NCBI GenBank assembly: GCA_951406725.2
Contig: OX597822.1
Location: forward strand, 84,754,001 to 84,818,000
Source: Octopus vulgaris
Lineage: Eukaryota
Direction: 5' to 3'
DNA length: 64,000 nt
Part shown: positions 11,646-25,493 of the stretch, piece by piece
Numbering within the stretch: the first letter of the stretch is position 1
How the letters are laid out: every line of letters begins with the position of its first letter
Program-made: the position numbers and the translations under genes
Notes under the pieces: generated by a model
Database searches by the model: none
Told to the model about the DNA's origin: nothing
Seen by the model: only the letters and a program-made list of their open reading frames with translations

Positions 11646-13146
11646 GATGCATGCATCCCTTTTCCCATTAAGCTACCAAATTTTGGATGTTTCACTGTTC
11701 AAGGGTTGGTAGGTGGAAGGATTACTCCCGACTCAACGGGTGCCTGAGAAACATTTAACGAAAACCATTATAAATACTAATACCAAACAATAATGGAAAG
11801 CGAGTGATGGCCGTATTTTCTTATCAGAGAACGAACACCGTAATATGAAGTTAAACTCCCGGAGTGGAGGGCTGAATTTGGAATGTTGTCGTTTAGCCTT
11901 AGCTGAACTCTAATCTAGCAGAGGTATGATCAAAGATATTCCAGCCATGACTATGCCATCTTTTGAGGAATATCTGATCACATTGTCGAAAGCGACCTTC
12001 ACAATTTCTACGGAGGTAGAGTGGGCTTTGAGAGACATTTGACTGCTATTTCTATTATGCAGTGACCACATTGATTTGTTACTTAGATAATGAAACAACT
12101 TATGTTATTCAGGGGTTTAGCTGTTCTGTTGTATAAATTGTTCAGTATATTGCTCTTCAGAAGATTTAACTACTCGTGTATTACTGGTACCCAACCAGTG
12201 GACTCCTTCGAAGGAGGGAAAGCAAAGCCAAATTAAATTCCGAGAGAAGCGAGTAAATACAATAAGATATTTTGTTGAACACTCTATCATTCCTGTTTAC
12301 TCGGACGCCTTTATCGTCTGCTTCTGGAAAGTTCCTCTGTACGGCTCAAATGCAGGAAAGGTTCTTCTGCAGAAGACTAGCATAGTCTAGTCTTCTACGG
12401 AAATCAGCTTGTAAGACTGCACATCATTGCTGTTACCCAAGGAAAATGCAATCGAAAGGTATCCTACCTGATGCTTTAACCATTCTACCAATCCATCAGC
12501 CATAACTGATAATTTTGTCATCGACCCTGCAAAAAGGAAAAGGAAAGTTGAACTCGCGTGATTGGAACTCGGAGCTCAGATTAGGAGCGAATAAGACTGC
12601 GATTTCATCTCCCTACACAGCGCCGCTCTAGAAATGGATATATTTGACCAAAGAAACACTCTGTTGATCCTTGCTTCATCTGTTAGAAATTACACCCGAA
12701 TAGAACCTAAATCTCCTGATAACTCATGTCTGAAAGTAAAAGATGGGTTAGTCAGGTGTAAAATTCTTATATCGAGACGGACATAGGATTAAACCATAAC
12801 AACATTCAAACAAAACCGCATGCGAAACTGAGTAATAGCATGTGGTTGATAACTGACGAAGAGTTAGGGACCTTCTGTGTCTGTGTCCCGTCCGGTTGCG
12901 CTCTCATTATACGTTATGTCCTTTGTTTATTTACAATATATATTTTTTCATTCATTATGTGGCAGAACACAACGCATCCTGACTTGTTTTAATAGTAAGT
13001 TTTTTTTTTTGTACATACATACGTACATGCATACATACTTACAAACACACACCCATGCACACATATACATACATACATACATACATACATAAACACACGC
13101 GTACATTCAAATCATCATCACCACCACCACCACCACCACCACCACT

Positions 13147-13177
<31 letters not shown>

Positions 13178-13502
13178 TCACCATCACCACCACCACCACA
13201 ACAACCACCACCGCTACCTTTCTCACTCTTTCTTCCTGTTTCTTGTCCCCGACTTCCTACGCAACCGCTGAGCCTGGATGCACATTCATCCATCTGCCGA
13301 TGCTCTCGGTGTCGGGGGTTGACCTGCTCTCTCTTCTGCGGGTCTTACGAATAGCAAAGGACCACGTTTCGGACCTCTCCCATTTTGCGAGCTCTGGGAT
13401 GAAGACCGTTCGTCCAACAGCAACAGCAACAGCAGCAACAGCAGGAACACCACCATCACCACCGACACAAATGGTACTCGACCACCGCGAATAAATTTAA
13501 CG

Positions 13503-13666
13503 GGCTTCTACACAGTTTCCGTCTAACAAATTCATTGATAAGATATTAGTTGGCCCGGGGCTATGGTAGAAGACACTTAAATCAAGGTGCTTTACAAATG
13601 GGAGCGAACCTGAAACTAGGCGGCTGCAAAGCGAGCTTCTTAACTACACAGCTATGGTTGCGCCTA
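13503..13666 (-). mobile_element. SINE family A 5' half
   Basis: GGGCTTCTACACAGTTTCCGTCTA...CACAGCTATGGTTGCGCC is the reverse complement of the family A head. Confidence 0.65.
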
Positions 13667-13699
13667 CGTCGAATGAGGAAAGAGAAATGATGATGATGG

Positions 13700-13753
<54 letters not shown>

Positions 13754-13843
13754 CAATGATGATGGTGATGATGATGACAATGATGATGATGATGATGATA
13801 GTGGTGAAGATGATGATGATGAGGAGGAGGATGGTGATGGTGG

Positions 13844-13881
<38 letters not shown>

Positions 13882-14781
13882 GTGATGATCGTAGCGGTGT
13901 ATAATAAAATGACTTGCAGTGAAATGAAATGAACGATGGAACGATGAGGTGCGGTAATTAATTAATTAATTTATTTATTTGTTTATTAATTTTGATGAGA
14001 TTTGGAAGACGGTCGGAGGATTGTGAATGTATACATTCTGTCGATCACGTTCACACTAAATGGAGAAAAAAACAAAACAAGTAAAAACAAAAAACAAAAA
14101 ACAAAAAAAAACCTCTCAGAAATGTCATCTACTGCTGTAAGTGAAACTCTACTTGACTGACAGAGCAGGCATTGTGATAAGAATAGAGTAGACTTTCGTT
14201 AGACTGTCGATGTAGTCCGATAGAGGGCACTGTAATGCTGAAGATGAAACCAGCGATATAACAACTGCTCAGTTAACCTAAAGCAAATTGCCGACATGTT
14301 TATTAGCTGCCCGGAGGTTTATAAATAGAAAAGTACTTTGGCCGTCTGATACACATTTAAATGTATGGTTAGATATACACATACACACAGATGCACACAT
14401 AAATAGACACATTAATTCATGCATAAATACACACACGCGGTGTGCACACACATGCGGTGTGTACACACATAGATAAAAGAAACGCAGAACATATAATCGG
14501 TATTTTATGAATTACATAATGTACACGTGTTTCAGTAAGTCGATTGCCGATTATTACGTAAGCGGTAGGTCAGAAAAGAAGGCTTTCAAGACCACGTCTC
14601 CTCATGCACGGTCTGGTGGATCAACACGAACTCACACGTACTCGCATAAGCACGCACAAACAAATATGGTACAGAGGAAAAAGGCGGTGGGTGGAAAGAA
14701 TTGGTCCTCCAGCCCATCACACGCCTCTCACACATGTTTACCCTCTCATTTCCTTTACTACCAGTTGTACGTATGTGTGTG

Positions 14782-14855
<74 letters not shown>

Positions 14856-15607
14856 CATACATACATATAAATTATATATGTATATATATATTGCCTATCA
14901 TGTTGACGAAGTGCGACGACTGTATTGTGTTGCGGAATAAGGCCTACTGCTTACATAATAATCAGTGGTCGGCTTACTGAAACCTGTATATTAGTGTACG
15001 TTATGTAAAGCATAAAATACCGTATGCATTTCCTGCTTTGTTTTTTTTTTTATATGGTCGCGCAGTCTGCGTTCTCCAGCTTACTTCGAATTATGATGGT
15101 TTTTGTTAAAACTCGACGACCATGCTTATCTACGTTGGCCAAATCTTTTAGCAAAATTTCCAGGTTATTCTGTGCTGATGAAGGGAAATAACCTGGAAAT
15201 CACGATACAAAGATATTGTTTTGAGCTGAGTGGGGGAACTAGATTACCTTCTCCGAAAATATAAGGACACAGATCGTGTTGTATAGCCAGCTGGAGACGA
15301 TGTCTCCTAGGTCTAAATTTAGCAACATTCGTCCTAAGCCAGGATTGCCATGTTATGTTGGCAAACAATCTTTACTGGATCAATGATATCGACTAATGCA
15401 ACCTCCTCGAAACTGCTGGCCTTCTGCCCAAATAGGAACCAATTATTAATGAGAAAACAAAATCAATTTGGCTTCCAAATAACTCTTCTTAGCCCTTTTC
15501 AGTTCTCATAAGTCTGCTACCCATAAGAAACACTGTGTTAGACTATCTTTCCACGCGCAGTTCTATCACGACTAAAACAATATGTAATAGGAGGAGGAGC
15601 CTCATTT

Positions 15608-15815
15608 AAGGCAGCGAACTGGTGCTATCGTTAGCACGACAGGTAAAATGCTTTCCTGGCATTTCGTCCGTCTTTTTATTTCGAGTTCAACTTTCGACTT
15701 GGCGTTTCATCATTTCGGAGATTGATAAAATAAGTACCAGTTGAGAACAAGGCTCGATGTGATCGACTATCCCCCACCCCCGAAACTGCTGGCTTTGTGC
15801 CATAATTTGAAACTA
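15608..15815 (+). mobile_element. SINE family B copy
   Basis: AAGGCAGCGAACTGG...GATAAAATAAGTACCAGTTGAG...GGCTTTGTGCC. Confidence 0.8.
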
Positions 15816-15822
15816 ATATGAG

Positions 15823-15932
15823 TAAATTATTTACATTTGACGGATATTTGTCCTCATCTTGTTTGTTGTTAACACAACGTTTCGGCTGATATGCGTAGTG
15901 GTTAAGATTTCGAGTTCGATTCTAGGCAGTGA

Positions 15933-16009
<77 letters not shown>

Positions 16010-16171
16010 GTGAAAAATACCTTAGGAATAAGAACCCAGGTTCGAAATTTCCCCAAGACATCTGATGAAGGCTGGAGGATATATCAGCCGAAACGTTGTG
16101 TTAACAACAAACAAGATGAGGACAAATATCCGTCAAATGTAAATAATTCCTCATCTCTTAAATATAGAACT
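15823..16171 (+). mobile_element. tRNA-headed, hammerhead-tailed short retroelement with inverted 5' tail copy and 10-bp TSD
   Basis: Inverted tail 15825-15892; A-box-like GCGTAGTGG (15893) and B-box GAGTTCGATTC (15912); (AAT)n; tail containing an HHR; CTAATATGAG duplicated at 15813-15822 and 16172-16181. Confidence 0.85.
16057..16102 (+). ncRNA. Minimal hammerhead ribozyme
   Basis: Stem I GACAT/GTGTT, CTGATGA (16062-16068), extra A, stem II GGCTG/CAGCC, GAAA, loop-less palindromic helix III AACGTT, triplet GTT. Confidence 0.8.
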
Positions 16172-17179
16172 CTAATATGAGAAGCCTCGTTTATCACTGA
16201 CTCATTTATCACTGATCTGGGATAACACAATTGTGAACCATGTTACATTTATCGCGGATTGATTTGTGATAGCACAACTTGCCAATCAGTGAATAATTCT
16301 GCTTGAACCTCAAAAACACTTTCTAGTGAATACCCATAATGCTCAGCTACCCACAATGCCCTAACTATTGCTTGTCTGAACGCGGCCGTACTGCGAGGCT
16401 GTGTATTTTCTTATACAGATTTATGTACTCGAACCCATCGCCATAAGTCCAGTGACTAGAAAAACTACGAAGGCGCCTGACCTTAATAAATGATGCTGAC
16501 AGATGTATTCGGTACAAGAAAAGACAGAGAAAATGCTACTAAATGTTAATAAAACTAAACCTTTTGGTAAGTAATGAAATTGTCTTCGTTACCAACCAAA
16601 AACCAGCGTCACTCTCCGCTGCATGACGCAAATTCTATTATTTTAAATATGAAGTTCTTTCCCTTGCCTTCAATTTAATTACGTTAATGATTTTTCTTTT
16701 CATTACGAATAGAATTTCAATTGATTAAAAATTACTTTTGGTTCAATGCTTTAAGTATGGTAAGTCAGCACTTTATTATAGACCCATTTATGTCTGTTTA
16801 AGGTTCATTTTCTAATTGATTCTTTGAGAGCGAAATTTATGATTGTAGGCGTTGAGGACAAAATAATAACAACAATATCACTGTACGTAGACTATAAAGG
16901 ATATATTCATTGGTTGAGAAGGGTTGGTGGGGGGAGAAGCGAAAGTGAGGCAGTGGTCACCAACCTTACCGTTTCAGGCTCGATTCCCAATGGGACAATT
17001 TATAATTCTGTACTGACTCTTCCTCACATGCTTTGCTTTATTCATGCTTCATTTCCTATAGGCTGCTGGGGCTTGATTTATTAATGGTGTGTTTCTAGCT
17101 GGAAATAATCATTCACATCTGACACACATTATTATTGTGTGCGTGTGTGTGTATGTGTGTGTGTGTGTGTGCGTGCGTG

Positions 17180-17221
<42 letters not shown>

Positions 17222-17503
17222 AGTAAGAGCGGTCCAGTGTCCGTAGTGAATCGCTAACAAATATCTGAATTAAAATTTCCTTGTGTTAATTTTCCAAATC
17301 AAAATATCGTCGAAAAGAACAGATTTGGAAGAGAGAGAAAGAGAGAGAAAGAGGGAGAGAGAGAGAGAGAAAGAGGAGAGGAGAAAGAGAGCGAGAGAGA
17401 GGAGGAAGGGAGAGGGAGAGAGAGGAGGAAGGGAGAGGGAGCGGGTGGAGGGGGAGAGAGAGAGAGAGAGAGCGCGAAATTAATAACAAATATATTGCCT
17501 AAT

Positions 17504-17901
17504 ATACTTTTCTACTCAAGGCACAAGGCCCGAAATTTTGGGGGAGGGGTCCAGTCGATTAGATCGACCCCAGTGCGCAACTGGTACTTAATTTATCGAC
17601 CCCGAAAGGATGAAAGGCAAAGTCGACCACGGCGGAATTTGAACTCAGAACGTAACGGCAGACGAAATACCTATTTCTTTACTACCCACAAGGGGCCAAA
17701 CACAGAGGGGACAAACAAGGACAGACAAACGGATTAAGTCAATTATATCGACCCCAGTGCGTAACTGGTACTTATTTAATCGACCCCTAAAGGATGAAAG
17801 GCAAAGTCGACCTCGGCGGAATTTGAACTCAGAACGAAGCGGCAGACGAAATACCGCTAAGCATTTCGCCCGGCGTGGTAACGACTCTGTCAGCTCGCCG
17901 C
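17504..17901 (-). mobile_element. SINE family B, dimeric form
   Basis: The core is present twice, separated by the conserved linker ACTACCCACAAGGGG..AAACACAGAGGGGACAAACAAGGACAGAC; 5' end abuts (AAT)n. Confidence 0.92.
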
Positions 17902-17931
17902 AATAATAATAATAGTAATAATAATAATAAC

Positions 17932-17967
<36 letters not shown>

Positions 17968-18499
17968 GGAATAATTAGCAGATCCAGCCATTTATTCTTT
18001 TTTTCCACTATGATTTTATTATTTGCTTTGTATTTTTGATTTTGAGAATTTGCATAACTCCAAGTATGGCAGTGTGGTACTGTTGAATAATATATCTTCC
18101 TTTTATGAAGAATATCTTTGATCTTACTCATGCACAGGTGTTCATTATTTACATAGACGTTCACTTAATTGTTTAAGAATTATTTTAAAGTTACTTGACA
18201 TTTCTTTGGACGATATTCAACTGAGCTAGAAAGTCATCTGGACTTTGTGGTTTATTAACAAGCAATGGTCGTACTCATTATGGGTGAAACAGCGGCTTCG
18301 CAAGCAAAAGTAACACTATAATAAGAATAAGCGAAGAACTGAATAAGTACTTTGAATGTACAGCTGTTCCGTGCGAATGCAGGGTGTTCCAGGGTGGCTA
18401 GACTGGCTTACAGAGAGACTCGAAGGGGAAATAGGTTTATCATTCAAGCAGAATGTTATGCATGGTTGCATATCCTGGAAAGTAGAGAATACCAGCAAC

Positions 18500-19080
18500 A
18501 CTGACAAAGTGTAGCCTCTCCTGGATCTGCGGTAAATACTTCAGAAGGCTACGTCTTAGCTATGCAGGAACGAAGGATGGTTACTGAATATCTGATCAAC
18601 AAGAGGAATAAGGATACTTCTTGACGCCTAGGCCATGATAGAAAATATCGATTATTCCATAATAGTGTGGAAGATACCATTCAGGTCATCAGTAGCTGTC
18701 CATAATGTGTGCAAGATACAAACTTCCCATGAGACATGACATAACTGTAAATGTAACAGTAACTCGGTGTAAGCACAAAAGACCGGATATAGTTGTATGG
18801 GATAGGGAACAAAAGTCATGCCTTGCTGTAGGGATCAGTTGCCAGGCAACGGGTGTGAATGTCTTACCAAAAATTGGGGAAAAAGGAGAACGTCTGGAAA
18901 AATGATAAGAAACATAATCTTATTTCTAAGATATAGATTTTCATTTGTACCTTTTATTTCTTCCTTTTATCATTGGTGCACTCGGGCACGTAACAACAGA
19001 TCAACTGAAAAAAGCCTAGAAATGCTCAAGTCGTTCTTGAAAGAACAAAATAAACTTAATCGCGATCTCCATTAAAGTCA
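18500..19080 (+). mobile_element. Decayed R4/Dong-clade non-LTR element, C-terminal REL region
   Basis: SEGYVLAMQER...LPMRHD...CKHKRPDIVVWDREQKSCLAVGISC, homologous to the 22-23.6 kb element; multiple stops and frameshifts. Confidence 0.75.
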
Positions 19081-19208
19081 GTGAAATTCTTCAAATATTC
19101 GAGGCATTTTCCATATGAGGTACATGAACTGAAAACATGCATAAATTTACATATACATATGGCGTGCATCTCTCACATACACATATCCATGTAAATGTGT
19201 ATATGTAT

Positions 19209-19264
<56 letters not shown>

Positions 19265-19693
19265 GCACAGTCAGACAAACGTACAAGCAGACAGACAGAC
19301 ACACACACGCGCGTGTTGGTACGTACAATCGGGGCCCGGAATTAATGGTAAACCTGTTGGTTTTTTTTTGGAACTTTATCCGAAATATCCTTAAAGCGTA
19401 ATCTGTGTTGTGTCTGTATGGAAAGACAGCAACTCATCTGCTAATCATTGAAAAGTGAAAGAAATTGGAATAAGATGATTACTTACTGCACTTTATATAC
19501 TTTATGCACAATTTTATAGACTTAATACACAATACTCTCCCTCTTCACCTTACGCTCTTTCTTCTCCTTCGCTCTTTGTCTTTCACTTTACCTAATCACG
19601 CGAAAGCGTTACAGACGGGCTAAGTAACAGAAAGAAAAAACAGTTTAAAAAACTACACATATCGCACACCACAACCTCTCCCTTCCATTCTGC

Positions 19694-19694
<1 letters not shown>

Positions 19695-19751
<57 letters not shown>

Positions 19752-19843
19752 GTCTGTCTATCTGTCTGTCTGTCTGTCTGTCTATCTGTCTGTCTGTCTA
19801 TCTATCTATCTTTCTGTCCGTCTGTCTTTCTATCCATCTATCA

Positions 19844-19915
<72 letters not shown>

Positions 19916-20011
19916 GTCTGTCTGTCTATCTGTCTGTCTGTCTGTCTGTCTATCTGTCTGTCTGTCTATCTATCTATCTTTCTGTCCGTCTGTCTTTCTA
20001 TCCATCTATCA

Positions 20012-20067
<56 letters not shown>
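19695..20067. repeat. Compound (TCTA)n/(TCTG)n microsatellite with a 168-bp higher-order duplication
   Basis: The irregular block TTTCTGTCCGTCTGTCTTTCTATCCATCTATCAATC occurs at about 19811 and about 19979. Confidence 0.9.
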
Positions 20068-20068
<1 letters not shown>

Positions 20069-20705
20069 AAACACACAAAAGTTTTAAGAAGAAAGCAGTT
20101 ATTCAGATCGATCTTATTTTTTTCTGTCCACTGAGAGATGAAACTCTGTGAAACAACCGCTTCACTTTCATTAATCTGCTATTACACTGCTATAATGATA
20201 TGCTTATTACAATTATGTGCCTATTAGGTCGTATTACATTTCAAATTAAACAAGATCACTACATAGCGTACTATGAAGGAATTATTGACAAAATTCTTTC
20301 TGTGCATTGAAAGAAAAGGAATTAAAAAGAAGAAAAATTTACATATCAACCTAATTTTGAACGCGTTTCAATTAGAGAAATAAAATGTAAAAGCAACACA
20401 TAAAAAGCTAAACGTTATTCTATTAATTATTTAATTAATTAACTAGAATTTAATGGTAAAAGAGAAAACTGTTTGAAAATCACCCTACACGTGCAAATTA
20501 ATAAAAAAATGGATATATAATATTTCCAAAGATACAAAAAAGAAACGAAATAAAGTATCAGAACTAAAGATCCAATGTGATATGATTTCATAATATGATT
20601 AGTTGATGTCTGAATGTTTCCATTTGTATACAGGAAGGTTCAATGTTCAAATGCAGAGCTAGCATAATTTACACAACCTGTTTCATATGGAGTTTATTGA
20701 AATAT

Positions 20706-21286
20706 CGGTTTCAAGTTTCGGCACAAGGCCAGCTTCTGTGGAGGCGGATGCAAGTCGATTGCCTCGACCCTAATGCTTAACTGGTACTTATGTTATTGAC
20801 GCCGAAAGGACGACCCCCAGCAGCAACTGAACTCAGATCTGGCCTTCCTCGACCGCTATATTTATGAACGAAAATTTACATCGCAAAAGAAGCTAATCTC
20901 GAAAGTTGTCGAGCTGGCAGAATCGTCAGCACGCTGGGCAAAATGCTTAGCGGTATTTCGTCTGAGTTCAAATTCCGCCGAGGTCGACTTTGCCTTTCAT
21001 CCTTTCGGAGTCGATTAAATGTACCAGTTACGCACTGGGGTTGATATAATCGGCTTAATCCGTTTGTTTGTCCTTGTTTGCCCCCTCTGTGTTTAGCCCC
21101 TTGTGGATAGTAAAGAAATAGGTATTTCGACTGGCGTTACGTTCTGAGTTCAAATTTCGCCGAGGTCGACTTTGCCTTTCATTCTTTCAGGTTCGATAAA
21201 TTAAGTACCAGTTGCGTACTGGGGTCGATCTAATCGACTGGCCCCTCCCCCCAAAATATCGGGCCTTGTAATTTGACTAGAAAAGA
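20706..21286. mobile_element. SINE family B: - fragment (20706-20840) and + dimeric copy (20908-21286)
   Basis: Family B head, duplicated core and linker, and CCCCTCCCCCCAAAAT..GGCCTTG tail. Confidence 0.88.
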
Positions 21287-21961
21287 AACGTATCTTGAAT
21301 TTCTTTAGTTCTTTCTTGAAGAACTCCAGCGAATATCACCAATCATTTGTTGCCAACAACAAATCTGAGTGGACAGATTTGTCTTTATGTCATCAAATCC
21401 GAAAGCTATGCTGACGAGGTTACCGAAAAATCCAACGTGCTTACCAAGAAAACCATCGGTCATATTTTTTTTACAATGACAAAAATACCGGTTATTTGTT
21501 TTTCGTGTACAGAAGCCAAAAATTCCAAGTAAAGCGATCAATCGTCCCGGCAGTGACCCACAAAATCATCAGACGCATATCGGCCTTCTTGAGCTTTGTC
21601 AGTGAAGTTTGCTCGGGAATGACCTACCTAAAAGAAATTTATCTTTCCGATACACGGGAAACACTGATAGTGCGGAAAGCTTATCGTTGGAAGTAAACTC
21701 GGTGTGTGCAGCTGAAACAGCATTAGATTAAAGTCACCATCTCTGTATAATATATATACATGAAACGACGAGTAGACGAAACGGAGGCGGCTGAATAAGG
21801 GGAATTTTCCTTGTGTCGTATGTCTTGTACCCTGTTTTTTTCGTTGTTTAAAAAAAATGTCCGTTTCCACGGTTCTGTTTGTATGTTTTCGTTTCTCATT
21901 GTGTTTGATGTTTTTTTGGTGTCCTGTACCTATATATGCATATGCTTTATTTATTATTTTG

Positions 21962-21994
<33 letters not shown>

Positions 21995-21996
<2 letters not shown>

Positions 21997-23578
21997 ATTG
22001 TTCAGTTTTATTTCAAGAGTGCTTGGCAATAGAGAAAGAACCGGTTTCTAATCTAGATTCAGGGCTCCTTCATTGGAATTTCAGTATCAACACCAGGGTA
22101 TTTTTGTATGTATGTATATGGGCAGATTTGTATGTTTTGCTTTATATATGTATTCTCATGTATATAGTTGCATATCTAGTCATGCTCATATATATTTAAA
22201 TGATAAACTTCTGGAAAGTTTTAACAGATTTTTACCATTCCAGTGATGGATTGGATCTGTGGTCTTCGAATTAGGTTTCTCCTTTCTGGTTTTAAGAAGA
22301 CTAATTTCTCAAGATTGGTATTTAGACAGTGTGTTACATATTCCAGATGTAATTACAGATGTAAACCTGGACTTGTAATGTGGATAGAGTAACTGCAGAT
22401 TTCTCAATAGTTCAGCATAGATGTTCTCATTTTCCCTGATCTTCAGCTTTATGTTAACATCCACTGGGCAGTTAATTTCCACAACTGTGCACAGTTTCTC
22501 TTCTCTATCCCAAATCATTATATCGGGTCTGTTATGCTTACATTTTATTTAGGTCTTCACTGGAACATTCCACCAGTATTCCTTTTTATTATGAGTGGCT
22601 ATAGCTTCTGCCATATTGTGGGTTCTTATTTCTTAGTCCTCGGGATTATCCTTCCGACGGATTTCATTATAGAATATCCTAGTTACAACGTAATGTCTCA
22701 TCGGTAGATAATGCCGTGATGACATTTTCGGACAACTGCTTATCATGTGGGTGATATCTTCAGTGTGAACTCTACAAAGTCTGCATCGGTCGTCACATTT
22801 TACGGCTTTTGCCGCCTCTCTATCCCTTTTGTGCATCAGGTATTTGGTTGATATTTCCTGTTCCTCCATTGCAAACGCATACCCTTCAAAGTGGGAGGTA
22901 GTAATACGGCTATTGGTCTATGATTATCTACTTTGATGATCGATGTTACTATCATTTCGGAGCTTTCTAATAACATATCCATGCATAGTCTTCTGCTGAT
23001 ACAGGTTCATTCTTTCATCTGATGATACGTTGCGGTAGAGTCGTGCGACTACTTTGGGCATGTATTCTAGGTTACCAGACGAAGAGTGTTGCTCAAGGAG
23101 CGGCCTTTCAAAGTCTTATGATGTTACCAGCCTCATGTATGCAAACTTGGTCGAGGGATGCACTTTGACACTTGGTGATTAAAAGATGTTGCCGAAGGGA
23201 TATGATGCGACATTCAAAGGCATTTTGGATCAATGTTAAGCCTCTGCCGCCTTGTTTTCGTTTTAGGTGGAGGCAGTCCACGTCATTGTTTATGTGGAAA
23301 TTATTTGTGCTTGTTAGTATTTTTCGGGTTTTTACATCAATGGATCAGGTCTCATCAAGCGTCCAATCAAGCAGCCCAAATGTTGGTATGAGTACTAGCA
23401 CTGCAACCACATTGTGGGCCACAGTTTTATTGAATGCAGAGAGTTCTGTGGTTCAAATTTTCTTTATTCGGTTGTAATATTCTTTAGTGACATGTGTTTT
23501 GTTACAGGTGCCATTGTAAGATATATTTTCATCCATCCCTAGATACCTGTAACATTCCTTGTCAGATGTAGGGGAAAC
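21995..23578 (-). mobile_element. R4/Dong-clade non-LTR retrotransposon, 3' ~1.6 kb (RT thumb, CCHC, REL endonuclease, 3'UTR)
   Basis: YRYLGMDE...ELSAFNK...IDVKTRKIL...RKQGGRGL; CRLCRVHTEDITHMISSC (CCHC) followed by MRH; KHNRPDIMIWDREEKLCTVVEINCP (PD..E REL nuclease). The 3' end abuts (TA)n. Broken by stops and frameshifts. Confidence 0.9.
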
Positions 23579-23657
23579 AGTATGTATGTATGTATGTATG
23601 TATGTATGTATGTATGTATGTATGTATGTATGTATGTATGTATGTTTGTATGTGTGT

Positions 23658-23696
<39 letters not shown>

Positions 23697-23714
23697 TATG
23701 TATGCGGGTGTGTG

Positions 23715-23960
23715 AAGGCGCATGGCGTAGTGGTTAGAGTGTTGTTCTGGCGATCGAAAGGTTGTGGCTTCGATTCCAATGCCAGTGATGCGTTGTGTTC
23801 ATTTCACGTTGCTCTCGAATAGACCAACCCTGCGACAGCCTAGCGCTTCGGCAAGGTGAAATATTGGCCTGCCCACCTGGTCAGCCGAGAAGCATCATTG
23901 GAAAGTTACAACATTCTGACCAAGGAACGGTGTATGCCAACATCTGACAGTCTGGCCGAT
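23715..23960 (+). mobile_element. Third tRNA-derived SINE type (diverged)
   Basis: GGCGCATGGCGTAGTGGTTAGAGTG A-box and GCTTCGATTCC B-box with tRNA-like spacing; the body differs from families A and B. Confidence 0.6.
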
Positions 23961-24154
23961 ACAGTGATATATATGTGTATATAGACATGTATGTGTGTGT
24001 GTATGTGTATATGTATATATAAATAAATATATAATATATATATATGCATATATATTTATGTACGTATGTAGAAACACATACGCAAGTATATATTTACATG
24101 TATAGATATATGTGTGTGTATATATATGCGTGTGTATGTATGTATGTATGTATG

Positions 24155-24229
<75 letters not shown>

Positions 24230-24543
24230 ATATATATATATATGTATGTATGTATGTATATATATGTTTAGACCCATATACATGCATGTATCTATGTAAC
24301 CACGAAGCAGAATGATTAAAGGAACAAAAGCCGACAAGATATTTCTTGAACTTTGATATTCTTCTATTTCATCCTCCTCCTCCTCCTCATCCCACCCCAT
24401 TTTCTCTGTACCCTTCTTCCCCTTCTGCTCCTCCTCCACTCTGTAGTCGTCGTCGTCATCATCATTATCCTCAACATCATCATCCCCATTATGATGATTA
24501 TGATAATGAGGATGATGATAATGATGATGACGAAGACGACGAC

Positions 24544-24609
<66 letters not shown>

Positions 24610-24750
24610 AATTATTATTATTATTATTATTGGTGTTATTATTATTATTATCATCTTCAACATAGTATTTTGCTTTGGTGGTGGTGGTGAAGAGATGTTT
24701 ACGAGAGAAAGAGTGAGACAGAAAGACATATATATAACTGAGCTATAGAT

Positions 24751-24809
<59 letters not shown>

Positions 24810-25436
24810 TGTGTGTGTGTGTAGGGAGGGAGAGACAGAGAGTGACAGAGAGAGGGAGAAGGAGAGAGAAAGAGAATAGCTAATGATACTTTCGGAATGG
24901 AATCTACAGAAATGCATGATTTTTATTGGCAGTGAGCCGTGTCCTAGTCGCAGACAGCCGTGAAATAAGAATCACTAAGGAACGAACTCGGAGGAATCGG
25001 GTTAAGGGTTGATGGAGTGTCGTTTCGTGTTCAGTTGTGTGACCAAAGGATAAAAGAAGAATAAAGAAAGATATCTAAAAACAAAAAAAAAGTAAAATGT
25101 AAAAAAAAAAATATATAAACAGAAAAACAAATAAATAAATCCGGATCAAAGTGAACTTGAATCTAAAATAACAAAGATCTTGATATGCTTTACAGACTAT
25201 GCCGAGTACTTTAAAGAAAAACCGTGGTGCAAGGAAGAGTTGGCTCTGTGGCTTATTGTGGATGCGCAACTGAATATTCTAGAGTGTTCGGGTAAAATAC
25301 GAAAAAAAAAAAAAGTAAGAAAAAAGAAAAAAACAGAAAGGTATGGGATGAGCTGCATGAAATCATCACCATCACCATCATTATTAATAGTTTTATTATC
25401 AACATGATCATCATTATCATTATTATTAGTGCTATC

Positions 25437-25493
<57 letters not shown>

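Noticed and set aside
13330-13425. GGAC...GTCC-GAAACGTGGTC on the minus strand
   Set aside because: No CTGANGA core or stem I; probably part of an unclassified repeat.
18067-18087. TGGCAGTGTGGT resembling the 5' end of miR-34
   Set aside because: The match ends after 12 nt and I see no precursor hairpin.
23715-23790. Possible tRNA gene
   Set aside because: A and B boxes are present but I see no convincing acceptor-stem pairing or terminator; treated as a SINE head.
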